A DNA stretch of 62,760 nt from Coprothermobacterota bacterium (lineage in GTDB: Bacteria > Caldisericota > JANLFM01). The DNA is taken from positions 1 through 62,760 of the forward strand of contig JAPLHV010000034.1 in assembly GCA_026389455.1 (NCBI GenBank), in the 5' to 3' direction. Shown one piece after another: positions 38,607-47,897 of this stretch. The position numbers and the translations under genes are program-made. The notes beneath the pieces are model-generated. The model was not told the DNA's origin. It was given only the letters and a program-made list of their open reading frames with translations, and did not search any database. Positions within the stretch are counted from its first letter, which is position 1. Each line of letters opens with the position of its first letter.

Positions 38607-38651
38607 TCCGACCCTTGCTATCTGTCGAACCCGACCTATAGGATGAAATTC

Positions 38652-38683
38652 GCAGCCGGGAGCACAGACCCGCTCCCGGCTGC
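38652..38683 (+). other. Intercistronic 12-bp hairpin between livK and livH (mRNA stabiliser or partial terminator)
   Basis: gcagccgggagc / gctcccggctgc. Confidence 0.6.
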
Positions 38684-38701
38684 TTCTGTAAGGAGGTCTC
38701 T

Positions 38702-39616
38702 TTGGAATTAACGACATTCTTCCAGCAGCTAATCAACGGCCTCCAGCTGGGGGCGATCTACGCCCTGATCGCATTGGGCTACACCATGGTCTACGGTATC
38801 ATCCGCTTGATCAACTTCGCGCACGCCGATTTCCTCATGGTCGGCGCCTTCGCGGTCTACTTCTTCGCTTCCTTTATTCTCACGCTGACAAATGCCATTC
38901 CTCCGATCATCCTCTTCATCCTAGGCTTGATCGTCGCATTAGTAGCGGGAGCTTTGATCGCCGAACTCTCCAACCGCCTGGCCTACAAACCGCTGCGCTA
39001 CAAACCGCGCCTTTCCGCTTTGATCACCGCTGTCGGCGTCTCGATGTTCCTGGAGTACTTCTTCGCCTCCCTTCCCTTCATCGGGCCCTCCTTCCGCGCC
39101 TTCCCCGACCTCCTCAAGCCGGTCAGCTTCGTGGTGGGCGGCGTCTACCTGAACAACATCCAACTGCTGGATATCGGCCTGGCCATCGTGCTGATGATAC
39201 TCCTGACTTTCATCGTCAATCGCACGATGATGGGGAAGGCGATGCGCGCCGTCTCCCAGGATAAGGACGCGGCCAAGCTGATGGGCATCAACGTCGAACG
39301 GACCATCACCTTCGTATTCCTCATTGGTGGCGCCTTAGCCGGCGCAGCCGGCATCCTGATGGCCATGACCTACCCCCGAATCTACCCGAACATGGGCATC
39401 TTGCCGGGCCTAAAAGCCTTCGTGGCGGCCGTGCTGGGCGGGATCGGCAACATTCCCGGCGCTATGCTGGGAGGCTTCTTGCTGGGCATTGCCGAGATCT
39501 ACGCTACCAGCTACAACTCGCTCCTCGGTGAGGGCATCGCCTTCGCCATCCTGATCATCGTGCTGCTGGTCCGTCCCCAAGGCCTCCTCGGGGAAAAGCA
39601 ATCAGAGAAGGTATAG
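38702..39616 (+). CDS. livH: Branched-chain amino acid ABC permease
   Basis: YALIALGYTMVYG, INFAH, GKAMRAV, AAVLGGIG. Confidence 0.94.
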   Translation: MELTTFFQQLINGLQLGAIYALIALGYTMVYGIIRLINFAHADFLMVGAFAVYFFASFILTLTNAIPPIILFILGLIVALVAGALIAELSNRLAYKPLRYKPRLSALITAVGVSMFLEYFFASLPFIGPSFRAFPDLLKPVSFVVGGVYLNNIQLLDIGLAIVLMILLTFIVNRTMMGKAMRAVSQDKDAAKLMGINVERTITFVFLIGGALAGAAGILMAMTYPRIYPNMGILPGLKAFVAAVLGGIGNIPGAMLGGFLLGIAEIYATSYNSLLGEGIAFAILIIVLLVRPQGLLGEKQSEKV

Positions 39617-39624
39617 GCGGCGAG

Positions 39625-40611
39625 ATGAAAAAGGTATGGAGGAACCTACCCACTCTTCGCTTACTGATCTATGCCGTCGCTCTCTACATACTCCTCATGC
39701 TCTTGAGCTCAGGCGGCATCCTCAATGACTACCTCATGATCATCATCAACATTTGCCTGATCTACGTCATCCTGGCCACCAGCCTGAACCTGATCAACGG
39801 CATCACCGGGCTATTCTCGGTCGGCCATATGGGCTTTGCCGCGGTCGGCGCGTATGTCGCCGGAACATTTACGACCCTTGTCTGGAAGCTGCCCAATGAT
39901 GGAAGCGTATCGACCACCCTTCTTTTCATCGTGGCGCTGGTGCTCGGGGGTATCGGCGCTGCCATCGTCGGGGCGTTGATCGGGATGCCGGCCTTGCGTC
40001 TGAAAGGAGACTACCTGGCCATCGTCACTCTGGGCTTTGGCGAGATCATCCGCACCATCATCAACAACATTGACGCCGTCGGAGGGCCGCGAGGCTTGCT
40101 GGGCATTCCTGCACTCTCCAGCTTTACGATCATATTTGTTGCGACAGTGGTGACCGTTCTCATCTTGCGCTACTTAGTCTATTCCAGCCACGGGCGAGCT
40201 ATGATCTCGGTGCGCGAGGACGCTACCGCTGCCGATCTGGTGGGAATCAACACCACCAAATACAAGGTGTGGGCTTTCGTCATCGGCGCCTTCTTCGCCG
40301 GCATCGGCGGGGGGCTGCTGGCCCATTTGATCCAGCTTGCTCACCCGACCCAATATGGCTTTTACGCTTCATTCCTGGTGCTGATCGTAGTCTACATCGG
40401 CGGGGTCGGCAGTATGACCGGTTCCATCCTGGCAGCCTTCGTGCTGACAATCCTGGAAAAGTATCTATTGCCGATGCTCCTTCAATGGGCAGGTCTCGGG
40501 GTGGAATGGCGCATGGTGATCTATTCCCTCTTGCTGATCATCGTGATGATCTATCGCCCAGAAGGACTGATGCCTCGTGAAGCCAAGTTTATGATCCCGG
40601 AGGACCACTAA
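39625..40611 (+). CDS. livM: Branched-chain amino acid ABC permease
   Basis: SVGHMGF, RLKGDYLAIVTLGFGEI, VREDATAA. Confidence 0.93.
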   Translation: MKKVWRNLPTLRLLIYAVALYILLMLLSSGGILNDYLMIIINICLIYVILATSLNLINGITGLFSVGHMGFAAVGAYVAGTFTTLVWKLPNDGSVSTTLLFIVALVLGGIGAAIVGALIGMPALRLKGDYLAIVTLGFGEIIRTIINNIDAVGGPRGLLGIPALSSFTIIFVATVVTVLILRYLVYSSHGRAMISVREDATAADLVGINTTKYKVWAFVIGAFFAGIGGGLLAHLIQLAHPTQYGFYASFLVLIVVYIGGVGSMTGSILAAFVLTILEKYLLPMLLQWAGLGVEWRMVIYSLLLIIVMIYRPEGLMPREAKFMIPEDH

Positions 40612-40612
40612 G

Positions 40613-41395
40613 GTGCCCGAGGAGAAGAAGGTCGTCCTGAAAATTGACCAGATGTCGCATTCTTTCGGAGGGTTGAAGGCTGTCTCCAATTTTAACCTTG
40701 ACCTCCCTGAAGGGGTGATCTGGGGCATCATCGGACCCAACGGAGCAGGAAAGACCACTGTCTTCAACCTGGTCACTGGCGTCTACCGTCCAAGCCAGGG
40801 GCACATCCACCTGCTCGGCGAAGAGATCACCGGCAAGAAACCCTTTACCATCGTGGCCAAAGGGGCAGCCCGTACCTTTCAGAACATCCGCCTCTTCGGC
40901 AATATCCCGGTGTTAGACAACGTGCGCATCGGGATGCACAAGAACTACCGTCCCAGCATGTTCGATTGCGTGATTCGCGACGGAAAGTTCCGCCGCGCGG
41001 AAAAGAAGATGCGGGAAGAGTCGATGGAGCTGCTCGCTCGTTTTAACCTACATGGGCGGGCGGACGAGATCGCTAAAAACCTGCCTTATGGAGAGCAGCG
41101 CCGCTTGGAGATCGCCCGCGCCTTAGCCACCAACCCCAAACTGCTGCTCTTGGACGAGCCGGCCGCGGGCATGAACCCCAACGAGGTTGACAAGCTGATG
41201 GAAATGGTCTACCTCATCCGTGATGAGTTCAAGCTGACCATCCTCCTGATCGAACACCAGATGCGTTTCGTCATGCGCATCTGCGAGTGGATCAAGGTGA
41301 TGGATTTCGGTGAAACCATTGCCGAAGGGGTGGCCTCCCAGATCCAGAATAACCCTCGGGTAATCGAAGCCTACCTTGGCAAGGGAGTGAACTGA
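40613..41395 (+). CDS. livG: Branched-chain amino acid ABC ATPase
   Basis: GPNGAGKT, LPYGEQRRLEI, DEPAAG, EAYLG. Confidence 0.94.
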   Translation: MPEEKKVVLKIDQMSHSFGGLKAVSNFNLDLPEGVIWGIIGPNGAGKTTVFNLVTGVYRPSQGHIHLLGEEITGKKPFTIVAKGAARTFQNIRLFGNIPVLDNVRIGMHKNYRPSMFDCVIRDGKFRRAEKKMREESMELLARFNLHGRADEIAKNLPYGEQRRLEIARALATNPKLLLLDEPAAGMNPNEVDKLMEMVYLIRDEFKLTILLIEHQMRFVMRICEWIKVMDFGETIAEGVASQIQNNPRVIEAYLGKGVN

Positions 41396-42108
41396 TGGCC
41401 CTCGCCCTGGAAGTGAAAGACCTCCATGTGGCCTACGGCGGGATCAAAGCCTTGCGTGGGATCTCCGTCAAAGTGGAAGCATGTTCCATCGTGACCATGA
41501 TCGGGGCCAATGGAGCCGGTAAATCCACCACCCTTCGAGCCATCTCCGGAATCGTTGCCAAGCAGAGCGGACATGTGACCTTCTTCGACAAGGACATCAC
41601 CAGCACGCCTGCTCATATCATTGTGGCCATGGGGATCTCCCACGTGCCGGAAGGCCGGCGCATGTTCGCGACGCTGAGCGTCATGGAAAACCTGGAGATC
41701 GCCACCTACACGCGCCATGATAAAAAAGAGTTCGCCGAGTCCCTGGAAACCGTTTTCAGCCTTTTCCCCCGCCTGAAAGAACGCAGGAAACAACTGGCGG
41801 GAACGCTCTCCGGCGGCGAGCAGCAGATGTTGGCTGTAGGCCGGGCCATGATGACTCACGGGAAAGTGATGCTCCTCGACGAGCCGTCGATGGGCCTTGC
41901 CCCCGTACTGGTGGAAGAGATCTTCCGCACCATCAAGAAGATCAACGAATTGGGCACCACCATCCTTCTCGTGGAGCAGAACGCTCGTATGGCCTTGGAA
42001 TATTCTAATTACGCCTATGTATTGGAAGTAGGCGTGGTCTCCGCGGAAGGCCCCTCCAGCCAGTTACTGGACGACCCCCGGGTGAAGGAAGCCTACCTGG
42101 GCGGCTAG
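41395..42108 (+). CDS. livF: Branched-chain amino acid ABC ATPase
   Basis: GANGAGKS, LSGGEQQML, DEPSMGL. Confidence 0.94.
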   Translation: MALALEVKDLHVAYGGIKALRGISVKVEACSIVTMIGANGAGKSTTLRAISGIVAKQSGHVTFFDKDITSTPAHIIVAMGISHVPEGRRMFATLSVMENLEIATYTRHDKKEFAESLETVFSLFPRLKERRKQLAGTLSGGEQQMLAVGRAMMTHGKVMLLDEPSMGLAPVLVEEIFRTIKKINELGTTILLVEQNARMALEYSNYAYVLEVGVVSAEGPSSQLLDDPRVKEAYLGG

Positions 42109-42154
42109 ACAACCTGCAGCAGTATGTTCTATGAAATCTTTACCTCCCATGACA

Positions 42155-42185
42155 CCGGGGGGCTTCGGCCCCCCGGCCTTTTTTT
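42155..42185 (+). terminator. Rho-independent terminator of the liv operon
   Basis: ccgggggg-cttcgg-ccccccgg with a cUUCGg loop, then 7 T. Confidence 0.85.
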
Positions 42186-42239
42186 CTAGTTCTTTTCTCA
42201 ACCTGACGTTGTTTCCCGGGAATGCTATCATCAACCCTC

Positions 42240-43187
42240 ATGAAGCCCCACCGTAGCCAACTACAAGCACATCTTCTGATGGGGCTCAGCGTTTTGCTCT
42301 GGGCCAACGCCTTCATCGCTATCAAGTTGGGCTTGCGCGAGCTTTCCTTCCTCTCGTTGACCACCTTGCGCTTCTTCTTCGCTTCCCTCTTCTTCGTGGC
42401 CGCCTTGTTGCTGACCCAGGGTCGCATTCCCCTTCCCCGCAGGAAAGAGCTCCCCCTCCTGGTTCTCCTGGCGATCATCGGCGCAGCCCTTTACCATGTC
42501 GCCCTTAACTACGGCGAGCTATTTATCCCGGCCGGTACAGCCAGTCTGATCATCGGCAGCAGTCCCATCTTCACAGCCATCCTGGCCTCTCTCTTCCTCA
42601 AGGATCGCCTCGGCTGGATCGGCGTCCTGGGCATCATCATGGCCTTCGCCGGACTTTTCCTGATCTCCTGGAAGGGGTCCGGCGGTGGGCTCGATTTCAG
42701 CAACCTGAAGGGGGTGGCAGCCGTGCTGGTGGCCACCCTGGGTTGGTCGACCTACCCAATCCTGGCTCGCAGGATCGTATTGGAAAGAGGGCCAATCTTC
42801 GTTTCAGCCTATATGTTCTTCATCGGACTGTTAATCATGCTGCCGATCAGCGACGGCGCTTTCACCGCCATGAGCTCTCTCTCCCTCACCACTTGGGGAG
42901 CGGTGCTCTTCCTGGCCATCTTCTGCACAGTGCTCGGCTATATCTTTTATAACCGTTCGCTGCAAATACTGGGCGCCACCACCACGATGGCTTATGTCTA
43001 CCTGATCCCGGTGGTCGCCGTCTTCTTCGGCTGGCTGATCCTGGGCGAGTCGATCCATTTGGAGCTGGTTCTGGGCGCCGCCATGGTCATCCTGGGGGTG
43101 CTGGCGATCAACCTGCGTTCTCGTCGAAAGCCTGCTCTTGGTCGCTCGCCTTCGGGCGCAGCAAAGGGGCGGGGAAAGCCTGCCTGA
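42240..43187 (+). CDS. EamA/DMT family transporter (start 42240 or 42222)
   Basis: About 10 TM segments in two EamA repeats. Confidence 0.88.
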   Translation: MKPHRSQLQAHLLMGLSVLLWANAFIAIKLGLRELSFLSLTTLRFFFASLFFVAALLLTQGRIPLPRRKELPLLVLLAIIGAALYHVALNYGELFIPAGTASLIIGSSPIFTAILASLFLKDRLGWIGVLGIIMAFAGLFLISWKGSGGGLDFSNLKGVAAVLVATLGWSTYPILARRIVLERGPIFVSAYMFFIGLLIMLPISDGAFTAMSSLSLTTWGAVLFLAIFCTVLGYIFYNRSLQILGATTTMAYVYLIPVVAVFFGWLILGESIHLELVLGAAMVILGVLAINLRSRRKPALGRSPSGAAKGRGKPA

Positions 43188-43885
43188 TGATGACTTCCTG
43201 GCCGGTGATCCGCCTTGAAGAGGCGGACAGCACCATGGAAGCAGCGAGGCTGGAAACGAATCGAAGGCCCCCTCCCTTCGTAATCTTGGCCGAACGGCAG
43301 ACCCACGGCCGGGGCTGGAAAGGGAACGAATGGATCAGCCCGGCGGGAGGGCTGTGGTGGACGGCTGTCTTTCCGGTACAGCAAGCAGCCGCCCTCTCCC
43401 TTTTCCTTTCCCTCCCTATGCTGCGCGTCCTTTCGCGCTATTCCCCCCACCTGGCGGCCAAGTGGCCCAATGACCTCTATACGAAGGAGAGGAAAAAAGT
43501 GGGGGGGATTCTGGTGGAAGTTCGTTCCGGTATCGCATACGCCGGCGTGGGGATCAACGTCAACAACTGCCTCCCGCCGGAGTTGGCCGGGCAAGCGATC
43601 TCTCTGTCTAAGCTGGTCGGCCATCCCCTGGACCTCGATGTTCTTCTCGGCGAGCTCTTGGACGCGCTGGCGGAAGATCTGCCGCGCTTCAACCGGGAGG
43701 GGTTCACCCCCTTCCGGGCTCTTTACGAGGAGCGCCTCCTCGGACGAGATAAGCGGGTGACCCTGCAAACAGATGCTGAAACCCTAGAAGGGAGGATCTC
43801 CGGCATCCGAGAGGATGGCTGTCTCCTGCTGGAGACTGAGACATGCTTGCGCGTCATCGCCTTGGGGTCGTTGACGCGCTTCTAG
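43187..43885 (+). CDS. birA: Biotin-protein ligase (no HTH domain)
   Basis: QTHGRG, KWPND, KVGGILVE, GVGIN. Confidence 0.92.
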   Translation: MMTSWPVIRLEEADSTMEAARLETNRRPPPFVILAERQTHGRGWKGNEWISPAGGLWWTAVFPVQQAAALSLFLSLPMLRVLSRYSPHLAAKWPNDLYTKERKKVGGILVEVRSGIAYAGVGINVNNCLPPELAGQAISLSKLVGHPLDLDVLLGELLDALAEDLPRFNREGFTPFRALYEERLLGRDKRVTLQTDAETLEGRISGIREDGCLLLETETCLRVIALGSLTRF

Positions 43886-43956
43886 GGATTGGCTTTCCAT
43901 CCACATCTTCACGTGGAACAATACGCTCCAACAGGCGTAAAGAGGAATGACCGAGA

Positions 43957-45204
43957 ATGCATGAATCGATGAATATCCCTTTATGGGCTTCTGTCCCCTT
44001 CCTCCTGATGCTCCTGGCCATCGCCCTGGGGCCCTTGGTCAAACCGCACTGGTGGGAGAGAAACTACCCCTGGGTGGCGCTTGCACTTGGCGCTGTAGTG
44101 ATCCTGCTCTACCTCTTCTATTTCCGCACCCTGGAACCGTTGGGGGAGGTAGCCTTGGACTACTTCGCCTTCATCTGCCTGATCGGCTCTCTCTTTGTCG
44201 TTACAGGGGGGATCCTGATCCGCATCGAGGGAGTAGCCACCCCCTTCCTCAATACGGCCATCCTATTGGTAGGCGCGGTCATCTCCAACGTCATCGGCAC
44301 CACCGGCGCCTCGATGCTGCTGATCCGCCCCTTCCTGCGTTTGAACAAGGGCCGCTTCTCCGCCTACCTGGTGGTCTTCTTCATCTTCCTGGTTTCCAAT
44401 ATCGGCGGCGCCTTGACCCCCATCGGCGACCCGCCCCTCTTCCTTGGCTTCCTCAAGGGGGTGCCCTTCTTCTGGCTGATCCCCCATGTGTGGTTGATCT
44501 GGCTCTTCACCATCGCCCTCCTCTTGATCGTCTTCTACTTCTTCGACGTGCGCAACCGTCGCGGCCTGGACGCCGAGCCCGCCTTCGCCGGACCCTTCCG
44601 GGTGCGGGTTTTCGGCCTCTGCAACCTGGCCTTCCTGGGCGGGATCATCCTGGCCGTGCTCTTCCTGCCCACCCCCTGGCGCGAGCTGGCCATGATCGTC
44701 TGCGCCTTGGCCTCTTTCCTCGTCACTCGGCGGTCCACCATCCACCAGGATAACGCCTTCACCTTCGGCCCGATCCGCGAGGTGGCCATCCTCTTCGCCG
44801 GCATCTTCATCACCATGCTGCCGGCCCTGGCCTGGCTGCGCGGCAACGCCCAGACCCTTGGCCTGAGCGCTCCCGGCCATTTCTATTGGACCTCCGGCGC
44901 GCTCTCCTCTTTCCTGGACAATGCCCCCACCTACCTCTCCTTCCTTAACACAGCCATCGGTTACACCGGCCTGAATGTGCCGGCCATGCTCCAACAGGCG
45001 CCGCAATTCATCGTGGCTATCTCCCTCGGCTCAGTCTTCTTCGGGGCTAACACCTACATCGGCAACGGGCCCAACTTCATGGTCAAGTCGATCTCCGAGA
45101 CGGCCGGGGTGAAATGCCCCTCCTTCCTTGGCTACATGGCCCGCTTCTCCATCCCCATCCTGATCCCTATCTTCGCCTTGGTCTGGTTGCTCTTTTTGAG
45201 GTAG
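43957..45204 (+). CDS. Putative Na+/H+ antiporter-like transporter (IT superfamily)
   Basis: SNVIGTTGASM, LTPIGDPPL, SFLDNAPTY, YIGNGPNFM. Confidence 0.8.
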   Translation: MHESMNIPLWASVPFLLMLLAIALGPLVKPHWWERNYPWVALALGAVVILLYLFYFRTLEPLGEVALDYFAFICLIGSLFVVTGGILIRIEGVATPFLNTAILLVGAVISNVIGTTGASMLLIRPFLRLNKGRFSAYLVVFFIFLVSNIGGALTPIGDPPLFLGFLKGVPFFWLIPHVWLIWLFTIALLLIVFYFFDVRNRRGLDAEPAFAGPFRVRVFGLCNLAFLGGIILAVLFLPTPWRELAMIVCALASFLVTRRSTIHQDNAFTFGPIREVAILFAGIFITMLPALAWLRGNAQTLGLSAPGHFYWTSGALSSFLDNAPTYLSFLNTAIGYTGLNVPAMLQQAPQFIVAISLGSVFFGANTYIGNGPNFMVKSISETAGVKCPSFLGYMARFSIPILIPIFALVWLLFLR

Positions 45205-45205
45205 G

Positions 45206-45233
45206 GGGATCGGGGATAGTGGATAGGGGATAG
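45206..45233. repeat. Heptamer tandem repeat (STRR-like)
   Basis: ggggatc ggggata gtggata ggggata. Confidence 0.65.
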
Positions 45234-45368
45234 GCTGCTCATCCATGCACTTCGCTCGAGGTCAGGTTTTTGAGGACAAGTGCAGGTAGCCGATAGATGC
45301 CGTGTATACTACAATACTTGTGGATTTTAGATTGCTGATTGGATCGCTTGAAAAGCAAAATGGCTTGC

Positions 45369-45464
45369 GTAGGGGCGGGTTTCAAACCCGCCCCCTGCAT
45401 AGCTTGCGGCAGCACAGCTAGACAGCCTGCGGCAGCACGAGCTAGACAGCCTGCGGCAGCACGA
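45369..45464. repeat. Composite: GTAG REP (45369-45394) plus 24-bp tandem of the 18-bp motif family (45417-45464)
   Basis: gtaggggcgggtttcaaacccgcccc; gctagacagcctgcggcagcacga x2. Confidence 0.88.
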
Positions 45465-45497
45465 AGTTAAGATCACACCATAGAGAGGGTATCCGGA

Positions 45498-47054
45498 ATG
45501 ACAGAACGCACCATGCAAGAGTTGGTTCGAGAGCTCGAGGACTGGAAGTCAGCCATCATCGATGCCCCTGGAGCTCGGGCCAAGAAACAGCACGAGAAAG
45601 GCAAGCTCACCGCCCGAGAGCGCATCGATATGCTCCTGGATCCGGACAGCTTCGTCGAGTTCGATGCTTTCATGGCCCACCGCTGCAGCAATTTCGGCAT
45701 GGAGAAGACAGAAATCCCCTCCGATGCCGTGGTCACCGGATACGGCGCAGTGGATGCGCGGCCGGTCTTCGTCTTCTCCCAGGACTTCACCCTTTCAGGC
45801 GGGTCTCTGGGTGAAGCGCACGCTCAAAAGATCGTCAAAATGCAGGAAATGGCCGTGAAGATAGGGGCGCCCATGATCGGCATTAACGACTCAGGCGGGG
45901 CGCGAATCCAGGAGGGTGTAGACTCCCTTCATGGTTACGGCATGATTTTCTTCCGCAACACGCGCGCTTCCGGGGTGATTCCCCAGATCTCGGTGATCCT
46001 CGGCCCCTGCGCCGGGGGAGCGGTTTACTCTCCGGCCATCACCGACTTCGTCTTCATGGTGGACAAGGTATCCAGCATGTACATTACCGGGCCGCAGGTG
46101 ATCAAGTCGGTCACCGGCGAGGATGTCGGCGTGGAGGAGTTGGGTGGCGCGATGGTACACAACTCCGTATCGGGTAACGGCCATTTCATCTACGACAGCG
46201 AGCAGGAGTGCTTCGCCGGCGTTCGCCGCTTGCTTTCCTTTCTCCCGGCCAACAACCTGGAGGATCCACCCGTGACCGAGACCGGCGACGACCCGGGACG
46301 CATCGACTTCGAGTTGCGCGACCTCGTCTCTACTAACACCAAGGTTCCCTACAATATCAAGGACGTCATCCTGCACCTGGTGGACAACCAGGATTTCCTG
46401 GAAGTGCATCAGTATTTTGCCCCCAACATCGTTGTCGGCTTTGGCCGCATCGGGGGTCAAACGATCGGAGTTATCGGCAACCAGCCGCTCGTCCTGGCCG
46501 GCTGTCTGGACATTAATGCCTCGGACAAAGCGTCCCGCTTCATCCGTTTTTGCGATGCCTTCAATGTGCCCTTGTTGACGCTGGTGGACTGTCCTGGTTA
46601 CCTCCCCGGCAAGACACAGGAACATGGCGGGATCATCCGTCACGGCGCCAAGCTGCTCTTCGCCTACGCCGAAGCCACCGTCCCCAAGCTGACCGTGACC
46701 TTGCGAAAATCCTACGGTGGCGCTTCAGTGGCCATGTGCAACAAGGATCTGGGCTGCGACCTGGCCATCGCTTGGCCGCAAGCGGAGATCGCTGTGATGG
46801 GCTCTGCCGGGGCTATCAATATCATCTTCCGCAAGGAGCTGGACGGCGCTGCCGACCCAGTCAAGCGGCACGAAGAGTTGACGGCCAACTACGAAAAGAT
46901 GTTCTCCAACCCCTACGAAGCAGCCAAACGCGGCTACATCGACGCAGTCGTGGTTCCCGAGGAGACACGCGGCCGCATTGCCTCCGCCCTGGCGCTGCTG
47001 CGCACCAAGCGGGAGGTTGTCCCCTCCAAGAAGCACGGCAACATCCCCCTCTAG
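45498..47054 (+). CDS. Acyl-CoA carboxyltransferase (MmdA/PccB/transcarboxylase 12S-like)
   Basis: GKLTARERI, DSGGARIQEG, GPCAGGAVY, KKHGNIPL. Confidence 0.94.
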   Translation: MTERTMQELVRELEDWKSAIIDAPGARAKKQHEKGKLTARERIDMLLDPDSFVEFDAFMAHRCSNFGMEKTEIPSDAVVTGYGAVDARPVFVFSQDFTLSGGSLGEAHAQKIVKMQEMAVKIGAPMIGINDSGGARIQEGVDSLHGYGMIFFRNTRASGVIPQISVILGPCAGGAVYSPAITDFVFMVDKVSSMYITGPQVIKSVTGEDVGVEELGGAMVHNSVSGNGHFIYDSEQECFAGVRRLLSFLPANNLEDPPVTETGDDPGRIDFELRDLVSTNTKVPYNIKDVILHLVDNQDFLEVHQYFAPNIVVGFGRIGGQTIGVIGNQPLVLAGCLDINASDKASRFIRFCDAFNVPLLTLVDCPGYLPGKTQEHGGIIRHGAKLLFAYAEATVPKLTVTLRKSYGGASVAMCNKDLGCDLAIAWPQAEIAVMGSAGAINIIFRKELDGAADPVKRHEELTANYEKMFSNPYEAAKRGYIDAVVVPEETRGRIASALALLRTKREVVPSKKHGNIPL

Positions 47055-47063
47055 GGGCGCGCC

Positions 47064-47255
47064 ATGGAGAGCAACGAGAGAATTCCCCAGGAAATTCAGG
47101 TGGTCATTGCTGCCGCCCTAGCCCGCTACCTGAAGGATGACAAGCTGGCCTTCAAAGTAGTTTCCATCAAGCTGGTGCAAACCTCCCAGATCAACCTTTG
47201 GGGATTGACGGGGCGCCAGGAGAACATGCTCGGGACACGCGGCCGCAGGTTATGA
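47064..47255 (+). CDS. Small soluble subunit resembling the C-terminal part of MmdD/OadG
   Basis: VIAAALARY...F.VVSIK...WGLTGRQENM; no TM helix. Confidence 0.7.
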   Translation: MESNERIPQEIQVVIAAALARYLKDDKLAFKVVSIKLVQTSQINLWGLTGRQENMLGTRGRRL

Positions 47256-47419
47256 TGTTGCCGCAGGTTAGCCAAAATAGCCCCCGGCAGCTTGATAGCC
47301 CCCGGCAGCTTGATAGCCCCCGGCAGCTTGATAGCCCCCGGCAGCTTGATAGCCCCCGGCAGCTTGATAGCCCCCGGCAGCTTGATAGCCCCCGGCAGGG
47401 TGTTCTGTCTAGCCGCAGG
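47242..47419. repeat. 18-bp tandem array (6 perfect units plus a partial) with anchor and flanking motif copies
   Basis: cttgatagcccccggcag at 47291-47398 preceded by a 14-nt partial unit; ends ggtgttctgtctagccgcagg; gccgcaggttatgatgtt duplication upstream. Confidence 0.95.
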
Positions 47420-47446
47420 TAGAAGGAAGCGAGGATAGGAAAAGCG

Positions 47447-47887
47447 ATGACCCGTAAGTACGTGATCAAGGTGAACAACAAGCCCTATGAAGTGGAGGTG
47501 ACGGAGGTGGGCCGCACGCCCAACGCCCCCCTCCCCCCTGCCCCGCTGCCCCCAGTCGTCGTCGCCTCCGCACTGCCTGCGCAAAGGGTGAGCATGCCGA
47601 TGCCGGGAGGCCCTCCGCCGCCCCCCACCAGCAAAACCCCAAGCGGATTGACAGCCCCCGGCAGGGCGTTCAGTGAAAAGGTCGTACAGGCGCCGATGAC
47701 CGGCACGATCATCAAAATCCTCTGCCGGGTCGGTCAGGAGGTCAACGAGGGGGACGTGATCCTCAAACTGGAAGCGATGAAGATGGAGACCGAAATGGCC
47801 GCCCCCTTCCCCGGCCGGGTGAAGGAGATACGCGTGGCCGAGCGCCAGAACGTCACCGCCGGCGACGCCCTGGTGGTCATGGAGTGA
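47447..47887 (+). CDS. Biotin carboxyl carrier protein
   Basis: YEVEV N-terminus, Pro-rich linker, EAMKM. Confidence 0.94.
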   Translation: MTRKYVIKVNNKPYEVEVTEVGRTPNAPLPPAPLPPVVVASALPAQRVSMPMPGGPPPPPTSKTPSGLTAPGRAFSEKVVQAPMTGTIIKILCRVGQEVNEGDVILKLEAMKMETEMAAPFPGRVKEIRVAERQNVTAGDALVVME

Positions 47888-47897
47888 GGAGGCCCCG

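Noticed and set aside
47277-47398. CRISPR array interpretation of the 18-bp arrays (also 61781-61870 and 53178-53243)
   Set aside because: Units are contiguous with no unique spacers, are too short, and no cas genes are present.
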